Assembly (NCBI GenBank): GCA_964016885.1
Contig: OZ024741.1
Coordinates: 411,246,001 to 411,310,000, forward strand
Reading direction: 5' to 3'
Length of the DNA: 64,000 nt
Source of the DNA: Eledone cirrhosa
Lineage: Eukaryota
A program made the position numbers and the translations under genes. Below the pieces are notes generated by a model. It worked only from the letters and a program-made list of their open reading frames with translations, did no database searches and was not told the origin of the DNA. Numbering within the stretch: position 1 is the stretch's first letter; each line of letters opens with the position of its first letter. Below are positions 36,798-46,583 of the stretch, one piece after another.

Positions 36798-37439
36798 TTG
36801 TGTATATGTATATATATATATATACATACATGATGGCTGCCAACTCGTTTTCGAGTACGGCCACTACTTTATATCCATGTAGGAGAACCCCTACCGATGC
36901 GCTGAACAAATGTGACTTTTTAGTCCAGCCAGCGACTTGAAAACTCTGGTACAAAGACTACACTTGTGACCATTATTGACACATAGTGCAGGGCCCATGG
37001 TACCATGTGACGACAAGTGCAGAGAGATCTCCAGATATAAAGCAATGCCTGTGCTGTGAAGCTTTTATAGTGGGCAAAGGCACTGCACAAAGCCAGTCCC
37101 ACTCTCTTAACCAAGATGATATTTACCAAAAAGAAGAACAAGTCAACATCATTGGATACCATCAGGGTTGCAGGTGTTATATAAGAGTTTTCCTTCTCCT
37201 AGAATTCTGCCTTGACAAAGGCTAAGGGGTCATCTCTCCCGGTGATTTTGGATGGCTATTGACTCTTAAGAGCTCCCTTGCCCTTTGACAGGTTTTGTTT
37301 TTAGTCCTGCAGGATGTCCAAAGTCACCCTCCTCACCAAGAAACCTTGGTGGGGTTGCCAGTTTAGTCGCCAACAACCCGACCATGAGACAGGTTGTACT
37401 GGGATACATGTTACCAGTAGCACCAACTGGTGACCTGAC

Positions 37440-37460
37440 ATATATACATACATACATACA

Positions 37461-37550
<90 letters not shown>

Positions 37551-37682
37551 CATTCATACATATATATATATGGGATATTGTTAGCTTCTCGCTACAACAA
37601 TTTCTATACTTTTCATTTATATATATATATATAGTGAGAGAGAGAGAGATAAAGAGAGAGTGAGATAAATAGATAGATATAG

Positions 37683-37753
<71 letters not shown>
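37440..37753. repeat. Compound microsatellites (TACA)n, (TA)n, (GA)n, (GT)n
   Basis: Read directly. Confidence 0.95.
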
Positions 37754-37754
<1 letters not shown>

Positions 37755-38191
37755 ATTTATCTCGACTTAACAAGAAGGTGTGGAATGACCCACTTTCCAG
37801 GCAACCTCTATATATAAAATGATATAATACTCAGTCATCTGACCAAGAAGTCATGAGGAGATTAAACAAACAAAAACAGAAAATAAATATAATATATATT
37901 TTTTTTAAATGGCTACATCGTTCTGTCACTTTTAAAACTCTCTCTCTCTTTAAACGAAGCAGACGTTTTCGTTTGATTACAAATGTCATTATGTAGAGTC
38001 AGAGAGATAAGTTATTCCTATATTAAACAAGTATTTATTTCAAGAGGAGTTTATGGTGATGTTGTGGTGTTGATACATTGTTAGTAATGGGGGAAGTTGT
38101 CGAGGTTTCCTTCTCTTATTGTCTGGTAAGTTACGACTTCAAAAATATCGTCTGCTTTTCCTCTCAGCTCCTTCTTGGCTGTCTATCCACC

Positions 38192-38239
<48 letters not shown>

Positions 38240-38241
38240 TA

Positions 38242-38321
<80 letters not shown>

Positions 38322-38462
38322 ATATATATATGTATATCCGTGTGCATTCAGTTTGAAACTGGTTAGACCATTACTCAACAGAGTGCTCAATACTTGGGGT
38401 AGTAGAGTAGGGTTATATTATACAGAGTCGGGACCCTGACTCTTTATAATATATATAATTAA

Positions 38463-38652
38463 GGATAGTATCTCGAAGGGGGTCAGGAAATAACCACAGT
38501 TAAATAAGGTACTCAATACGTTAATAGACAACAAGTATCATTATTTTATTTATAGAAATGACTCTTACAGGACTAGAATTGTTTCATTCATTTGAAATCA
38601 CACAAATAAAACAGTTTTAGTCCTGTAGAAGTTATTTCTATATAATAAATAA
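38463..38652 (-). mobile_element. Third copy of the 35.1-kb Penelope-like family, with a decayed inverted duplication
   Basis: taaccacagttaaataaggtactcaatac...tacaggactagaattgtttcattcatttgaaatca, then inverted aaacagttttagtcctgtagaa. Confidence 0.65.
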
Positions 38653-39073
38653 ATTGTAAATATTTACATAAACCACTGTCCCCAGTTCAGATGAAAAGTT
38701 CTTATTTTCCTTCTTTCTTTTCTTTCTTTCTTTCTTTTTTCATGTTTTCAAGGAATCTGATTTCCAAACCAGTCGGAATTATTATTATTATTGATATTTT
38801 CAGATATAAGAAAGCTTTAGAATATTTTTTAAAAAAACATCGCATATATATGTAGCAGGTCTCTCAGTCTTCTACGAAGTGCTGAGGGGTTAAAGTTGAT
38901 ATAAAGAGTGGTCTGCTCATACAGGGAGATGTTATAAAGTAGCTTATATTATAGAGTGAAGACCCTTAAATATTGATAAAGAAATTGTCATAGAAACGCT
39001 TGGTATCTGGGAGATACGATATTGGTTTCCTAGTTGTGGCCGATGACAATTTCTTTTTCCCTCTTTATCCCTT

Positions 39074-40479
39074 TAACATTTACATTACTCTATATATACT
39101 ATTATATTTTCACAGTAAAGGTTTTACCTCACATAATATCTCACATAACATTTACATTACTCTATATATACTATTGTATTTTCACAGTAAAGGTTTTACC
39201 TCACATAATATCTCACATAACATTTACATTACTCTATATATACTATTGTATTGTCACAGTAAAGGCTTTACCTCACATAATATCTCACATAAAATTTACA
39301 TTACTCTATATATACTATTGTATTTTCACAGTAAAGGTTTTACCTCACATAATATCTCACATAACATTTACATTACTCTATATATACTGTTGTATTTTCA
39401 CAGTAAAGGTTTTACCTCACATAATATCTCACATAACATTTACATTACTCTATATATACTATTGTATTTTCACAGTAAAGGTTTTACCTCACATAATATC
39501 TCACATAACATTTACATTACTCTATATATACTATTGTATGTTCACAGTAAAGGTTTTACCTCACATAACATTTACATTACTCTATATATACTGTTGTATT
39601 TTCACAGTAAAGGCTTTACCTCACATAATATCTCACATAACATTTACATTACTCTATATATACTATTGTATTTTCACAGTAAAGGTTTTACCTCACATAA
39701 TATCTCACATAACATTTACATTACTCTATATATACTATTGTATTTTCACAGTAAAGGTTTTACCTCACATAATATCTCACATAACATTTACATTACTCTA
39801 TATATACTATTGTATTTTCACAGTAAAGGTTTTACCTCACATAATATCTCACATAACATTTACATTACTCTATATATACTATTGTATTTTCACAGTAAAG
39901 GTTTTACCTCACATAACATTTACATTACTCTATATATACTGTTGTATTTTCACAGTAAAGGCTTTACCTCACATAACATTTACATTACTCTATATATACT
40001 ATTGTATTTTCACAATAAAGGTTTTACCTCACATATCTCACATAACATTTACATTACTCTATATATACTATTGTATTTTCACAGTAAAGGCTTTACCTCA
40101 TATAATATCTCACATAACATTTACATTACTCTATATATACTATTGTATTTTCACAGTAAAGGCTTTACCTCATATAATATCTCACATAACATTTACATTA
40201 CTCTATATATACTATTGTATTTTCACAGTAAAGGCTTTACCTCACATAATATCTCACATAACATTTACATTACTCTATATAGACTATTGTATTTTCACAG
40301 TAAAGGCTTTACCTCACATAATATCTCACATAACATTTACATTACTCTATATATACTGTTGTATTTTCACAGTAAAGGCTTTACCTCACATAATATCTCA
40401 CATAACATTTACATTACTCTATATATACTGTTGTATTTTCACAGTAAAGGCTTTACCTCACATAATATCTCACATAACA
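39074..40479. repeat. 72-bp minisatellite with 60-bp variants, ~20 copies; resumes after the LINE
   Basis: TTACATTACTCTATATATACTATTGTATTTTCACAGTAAAGGTTTTACCTCACATAATATCTCACATAACAT; 24-aa periodicity in the ORF track. Confidence 0.96.
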
Positions 40480-40690
40480 TCTCGTATACGAGAGACGTGT
40501 GTTGACGTGTGTGAACAAGCTCGGCTACCGAGTCGGATTTACTTACTCAAAAGTGAGTTTTGATTAATTTTTTTATACTGTAATATACGTTAACCCCTTG
40601 CCTTGGTCGTCAAACTTTGAGTTTATTTATTTTCGCCCCTTTTTGGGGCGAATTTTCCAGTTAAAAATTTATTACGGCAAACTAATAGAA

Positions 40691-42442
40691 ATGGACGGAA
40701 TTTTCACATCTCATCCTAACGTGAAAGCCACGCCCCCTAAGAAAGGTGATACAGAGAAGCTAGAAGCACAAGGCTCTAAGTCTTCCCTCCTCACTTCTGC
40801 AAAAGAAACATGGAACACGGAATTAAAAGAAACATTTGTAAAAATGGGTGAAAACCCAGAAAGTCACATAAACGCAGACAAAAACAACAACGACAATAAT
40901 AGCAATAGTCACAACACCAACCAAGGAAAAAATAACGATAACACCAAACAAAGCGAACCCACTACTGGTGCCTCCTTTGCACAGGCGGTCCGGAAAACAC
41001 AAACCTGCAAGCAACTGGACATTACAACTCTGAGAGAAAAGATGAAGGAAGCGAAACAGTATGTAACTTTCAAAGAAGGAGAAGACTTCACAATCACCTC
41101 CCCACAAGAAATCAAAAGAGACACGACGCTAAGAACGATATCTTTCAGAACAATTTCCAACATAACAAGGAAACCAACTCAATTATCCCAAAAAGAGATT
41201 GAGCTGGTCCTAAAAAATGTGTGGAGTGATATATCGTTCATACAAAAAGGGCCACTCTATGGGAATATAACGGTCCTAATGAAGGATCAATTGACGGCCA
41301 GGAAATACTCTGTGGCGCCAATTGTTTCCAAGCTACATACATTTTTCCCCACATATTTAGGGAAAAGAACGCAGAAGATAAGGGTCTCCGGAATCCGGCC
41401 AAATGCATGCATTTCCTGGGTACTAACAGGATTTTTAGAAGACGAGGACGGAATCCTTTCAGTAGGAGAAGTCACCACAGACGTTTTCGGCGGTTTGAGC
41501 GTGGAGGTTCTGGTCCAAATGAGACCAGAACGAATAGCTAGAATACCACAGAGGGTGTCCCTCGATGGAGAAACATTTATATATATTTCAGCCGAGGGTA
41601 GGAGGCCCATATGTTACTACTGTTCAAGCAGGGGTCATCTAAGGGCTGCTTGTCCTCAATTGACAAAAAAAAAGGCTCTTTTGCCTACACCCCACACACC
41701 ACCACCGCCACCACCACCGCCACCACCACCACCACCACCTCCTCCACCACCACCACAACAACAACAAAAACAACACGGAAAAATAACACAAGACACGGCC
41801 CCACCCAAAACAACTCCCAAAACACACACAAATACAACAAAACCCCAAAATACACCACTACCCGACAGCACGGACGAGGACCTAGCGGAAACGGCACCCA
41901 GTGACGAAGAGGGGGAACCCTTCCAACCTGTAAAAAGGAAAAAAAGAAAGCACCACTCGAACATAAACGAAACAAACACACAACCACCAACAAAAACAAA
42001 ACAAACAGAACAAACAAAATCCGCCCCACCCCAAAACATAACACATACAACAAAACGTAAGCACACACAAGAACAACAAACAAACACAACACAAATAAAA
42101 CAGTATACATACATTAACACAAATAACAAAGAACTAGTAAAAACAATACACAAAGACCCTTCGGTGGAAACTGAAGGGCAATTCTTTGCAAGCGCGGCCA
42201 ACAAACCGCATTTAAAAATGATAAGACTCCCAATGGACACCTATGCAAAACTAAGAGAGAACTTTCCTGAGGACGTGGGGAAAACATGTACTCGACCCTA
42301 TAACCGCGTTCTCTTGAAACGTTTCCCCACCCACACCTCACCAAACATCCCCACTCCACCACAGAACAACACCCCACCAAACAACCCCTCCAATACGCCC
42401 ATGGATATTGTGCAACCTGCTCCTCAGGAGCCGAACAGGTAG
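40691..42442 (+). CDS. Tx1 ORF1 (gag-like nucleic-acid-binding protein, 583 aa from the first ATG)
   Basis: SFAQAV motif, zinc knuckle CYYCSSRGHLRAAC, poly-Pro/Gln linker, basic patch VKRKKRK. Confidence 0.9.
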   Translation: MDGIFTSHPNVKATPPKKGDTEKLEAQGSKSSLLTSAKETWNTELKETFVKMGENPESHINADKNNNDNNSNSHNTNQGKNNDNTKQSEPTTGASFAQAVRKTQTCKQLDITTLREKMKEAKQYVTFKEGEDFTITSPQEIKRDTTLRTISFRTISNITRKPTQLSQKEIELVLKNVWSDISFIQKGPLYGNITVLMKDQLTARKYSVAPIVSKLHTFFPTYLGKRTQKIRVSGIRPNACISWVLTGFLEDEDGILSVGEVTTDVFGGLSVEVLVQMRPERIARIPQRVSLDGETFIYISAEGRRPICYYCSSRGHLRAACPQLTKKKALLPTPHTPPPPPPPPPPPPPPPPPPPQQQQKQHGKITQDTAPPKTTPKTHTNTTKPQNTPLPDSTDEDLAETAPSDEEGEPFQPVKRKKRKHHSNINETNTQPPTKTKQTEQTKSAPPQNITHTTKRKHTQEQQTNTTQIKQYTYINTNNKELVKTIHKDPSVETEGQFFASAANKPHLKMIRLPMDTYAKLRENFPEDVGKTCTRPYNRVLLKRFPTHTSPNIPTPPQNNTPPNNPSNTPMDIVQPAPQEPNR

Positions 42443-42463
42443 ATCCTTCCTCTTTTAACCAAC

Positions 42464-45400
42464 ATGGCTGATATAAGAGTTGGGTGTCTCAATGTACGTG
42501 GCCTGGGACTGTCTTGGAAACAAGGCAAACTTTTAAACGATCTCAGGTCGCATAGAATGGATGTAATGGCTATTTGCGAGTCCAGGATCAGCAGCGAGCA
42601 CCAACTGGCGCCCCTCTTCGACGACTTTGAGATCTTCGCATCTCTCTGTCAACCGGGGGGGTGGAGTTGTCGTTCTGCTGCGAAAACACCTGGGCCTCGC
42701 CATACAGAAGGTGCACCTGGACCCGGAGGGTCGACTGGTGGTTTTAGACGTCGGCAGTAGTGAAAGTGGAGCCCTTAGACTAATAGCTGTGTACGCCCCT
42801 TTTTGGGCAGCGCGGCCGGAATACTTCCAACGTCTGGAAACTTTTCTGGGATCGTCCCGCTCCTTGCTTTTAGTGGGGGACTGGAATGGTATCCTGGATG
42901 CACGTTGGGACTATGTAGGGGCATGTGCCAATAGAGGGGGGTGTAAAAGCCTCAAAAGGTTAATCGGCCGATTTGACCTGGCCGATAGATATCGACTAGA
43001 TTTTCCGACTGTACCACTATGGACGTGGACCAATCACAGCGGAACATCTAGGTCGTACCTAGATAGGGTCCTAGTTAGAGAGAAGGATAGGGACACATTT
43101 AGCTGTCCAAAAATGTTCATGGTTGACTATTCGGATCACAAGTTAGTGACCTGCATAGCCAACCTTGATAGAACCCATAGACAGGGACCCGGTTACTGGA
43201 AGCTGAACTTGTCCTTACCGAGAAGCAAAGCTTACAGTAAACGGATTAGCACGTTAGTTAAGCAGAGTTTGACAGGGGCAATTGTCAACAACAGGTGGTG
43301 GAGCTCTCTTAAGAGAGCAATTAGAATAGAATCGATAGGTTTTAGTCAGGAATTAGCAAGGGATAGGAACAAGACGGAAAGGGAATTAGTAGATAGAGTA
43401 GAAGAGGCGATTAGGAGTGGCAATGTAGCCGGCGTGCTGGCATCAAGAATGGCCTTAGACCAGTTCTTTGAGGTGAAGCATGAAGGCTGCGTTGTCAGGA
43501 GTAAAATACGTGCTCTGGGTAATGAGGGAGCCAAAGCTGTGAGCTGGGCCCGAGTGACAGAGGCAAAAAGTGGGAACAAGTCCACGATTCGGTCTTTGAA
43601 GGACCAGGATGGGTGTGTGATCCTTGAACCTGGGCAGATGTGTGCGGCCTTTCAGCGGCACTTTGCACGACTGTTCGAGAGGGGCGGCGCGCCGGGTGAG
43701 ACTATGGATTTCAATCCATACCTCGACGGTCTGCCGCGCCTCTCGGACGCGGAGGCGAAGTCCTGCGAAAGGACGATTTCAGCTGCTGAGATAGGGGCGG
43801 CGCTGAGCCAATGCGGCAAACGCAAATCCCCGGGTCTCGATGGTCTACCATACGAGCTATATGTAGCGATGCCGGACTTGTTCTCCGATATCCTCGAAGC
43901 GGTCTACTGCAACTGGCAGCAGAACGGGAGAATTCCCAGTTCTGTGACCAAGGGCGTAGTTACGCTGGTGAGGAAGGATGAGAACAAGGGGGATGACATA
44001 AGTAACTTCAGGCCCATAACTCTGCTAAATACAGAGTTAAAGATTTTGGCCAAGGTGTTAGCGAAGAGGTTGGCGCTTGTCGTTGGAAACCTGGTGGGAG
44101 AAGCGCAGACATGCGCAATCCCGTCCAGGTCCATTCACGACAATCTCCACCTTATGCGATACATCATAGAGAGGGTAGGGAATGAACCCGGCTTTGGTGG
44201 GGCCCTGATCAACTTGGATCAATCTAAAGCTTTCGATAGGGTTGACCATCGTTACCTGGATGCGGTGCTCGCGGCGGCAGGCTTCGGACCCGTATTCAGG
44301 GGTTGGATTGCTGCGATGCACAGCAGCAACGTCTGCTCAAGGGTCGAGGTGAACGGCCACCTCTCGGAGCCGTTCCAAATCATGCGATCCATCCGACAGG
44401 GATGCCCTCTCTCCTCCCTACTGTATGTGCTGGCTCTTGAGCCACTACTGCGGAAGTTGGAGCGGTTGCAGGGCATCCCTTTGGAACCGGGATTGCAGAA
44501 AGCGGCGTCGGCCTACGCCGATGGCGTGACAGTAATGGTGTCGAAAACCTTGCAAATCGGTGAGATCGGCACCTTACTGGAGGAATATGAAAGGTTTACA
44601 GGAGCCAAGCTGAACCGGGACAAGTCCGTCGGTTTGCAACTCGGAACATGGAGAGGCAAACCGATGCCCTCCAACGACGTCGTCGGACGCTGGACGGAGG
44701 GCCCGGTGAAGCTGCTTGGGGTCTGGTTCGGACCAGACCTCCAGGTGGAGAAAAACTGGAACGAGGTAACGGCCAGGGTGTTTGCACTCACCCAGAAGTG
44801 GGCCCAGTGCAAACTATCCCTGAAAGGTCGAGCGGAGGTGGCGAATACTTATATAGCATCCGTCATCTACTACCGCTTGACCGTCGTGCCTTGCCCAGTG
44901 AAAAGACTCGCCAAAATGGAGTGCGCGCTGTTCGAATTTCTTTGGAACAAGCGGACCCCTTTGGTGAGGAGATCCATCTGCTGTCAACACCCTTCGAAAG
45001 GAGGGCTGGGGATGCCGTGGCTACAGATGCGTAAACACGCATTAAGGCTACGGCACCTCCAGGTATTCCTCACCGGTCAACCAGTGTGGGCCCCGTTTGT
45101 GAGGCGAGCCTTTCCCAGACTCGTCTCGCTCACCGAGCTGCAATCCTGGGTCAAGCAAAATCCAAGAAAAGTGGGCGACTGGCACATTGAATGTGCCCAG
45201 GCGCTCACGGCCCTCTGGAAAGTGGACCCGGCAATCAGTGGAGACTCCACCTCGACATTCTATAGAGGGTTGGTACGCAGCAGGTGCGACGATGCTCTCG
45301 GAGAAGCTCTAGGCATGGAGGAAGATGAACTGGCCAGTCTGTTCGGTAGGACGTTTGGCCCTGGACCGATGGACAACTTCCAAAAGTCCCTGGCTTGGCA

Positions 45401-45896
45401 GTGCTACCGAGGGGCTCTACCCGTTCGAGACAAGCTCCACAGGCATGGGAGCCTGGGTAGAGATCCTTTGAATAAGATCTGTCCGAGATGCGTGCATGAT
45501 GACGAAACCGTTGCGCACACATTCGTACACTGCCCAGGCATTGCTGACCTGTGGGGCTATGTGGAACGACTACTGTCGAGAGTTGGACCAATCCGGTTGA
45601 CCACCGAGTCCATTGTCACGATCAAACCGCCTCCCCCTTTCAAAAACGAAGGAGAGGCGGTTTTTCTCTGTGTGATAGCCATGGCTAAAGAAGTTGCATG
45701 GTGGACGAGGCTGAAAGGGCTGAGGTCAGACACCTTTCTCTCCGGCCAACAACTGGTCCCCTTTTTCAAATACCATTTTAAAAGAAGGATCAGAATGGAG
45801 AGAGAGGTGCTCTACCCGAGCAAGTTTTATGAAAGGTGGGTGAAAGTAGGGAGAATGGCCAGAGTGAATGGGTCTTCTCTCTATATCAGCCTGTAG
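42464..45896 (+). pseudogene. Tx1 ORF2 (APE endonuclease, RT, CCHC) with a frameshift at the G7 run 42655-42661 and YADD changed to YADG
   Basis: MADIRVGCLNVRGL..ICES, VYAP, GDWN, YLDR, SDH; RT motifs; TAC GCC GAT GGC at 44514-44525; CPRCVHDDETVAHTFVHC. Confidence 0.9.
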
Positions 45897-46133
45897 GTGA
45901 AAGAAGAGGAAAAAAAGGAGATGAGGGAAGCACCTACTCTTTGTGCTCCTGAGGAGAAGGGTTGCACATTTTTTCCGGGGTGTGTGCGACCCATGTTAAT
46001 GCCCTCTCCCTATTGAGGACTTCGTTTGTTGTTGTTATTTCATTGTTATATTTTTGTACTCGTTAATTATATGTAAACTTCCCCCCTTGTATCTGTCCCT
46101 ACCTTTTGTGCCCTAGTGGCAAATAAAGAAACC

Positions 46134-46259
46134 ACTCTATATATACTATTGTATTTTCACAGTAAAGGCTTTACCTCACTTTATATCTCACATAACATTT
46201 ATATTACTCTATATATACTATTGTATTTTCACAGTAAAGGCTTTACCTCACATAATATC
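46134..46259. repeat. Distal remainder of the 72-bp minisatellite (~1.7 units)
   Basis: ACTCTATATATACTATTGTATTTTCACAG... matches the 39074-40479 unit. Confidence 0.93.
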
Positions 46260-46583
46260 GAATTTATAAGATTTTGATATTATTTGTTTTGAGAACAATA
46301 CCTTAACATCAGTATGAGTGGCTAGCTGCAGCCAGTTTGAATAGAAAACGTTGAGAGAATTCTGTTTGGGTATGGCCAGTTTAAATGCTAAAGGGTTAAG
46401 GGTCTTCACCCTATCTTGTAAGTTACTTTATATCATCTCTTTGCATAGGTACACCTCTCTTTATATTAATTTTAAAATATTGCAATCATTCAAATCCCCT
46501 TATTTGACACAAAGTCATACTGATGTTCATATAAATAAAAATGAAAGGGATTTTAGATTTAAAAAAAAAACCTCTTTGGCGAT

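Larger units (their letters stand above)
40480..46133 (+). mobile_element. Apparently full-length Tx1-clade non-LTR retrotransposon (5'UTR, ORF1, ORF2, 3'UTR)
   Basis: Same satellite on both sides; two ORFs 21 nt apart; ends AATAAAGAAACC; close homolog of the 15391-18380 copy. Confidence 0.95.

Noticed and set aside
39000-40563. 501/509-aa ORFs with a 24-aa repeat
   Set aside because: 72-bp satellite whose unit is a multiple of 3, open in two frames and interrupted by a LINE.
41656-42380. Antisense ORFs over Tx1 ORF1, and similar short ORFs opposite the RT regions
   Set aside because: Shadows of compositionally biased coding sequence.
42655-42661. Programmed ribosomal frameshift in ORF2
   Set aside because: The sibling copy (29300-29941) reads through in one frame; an indel or homopolymer error is more likely.
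40480-46133. Telomere-specific retrotransposon (TRAS/SART or HeT-A-like)
   Set aside because: Inserted in a 72-bp AT-rich satellite ~450 bp before the array; no copy lies within the 17-kb TTAGGG-like array.
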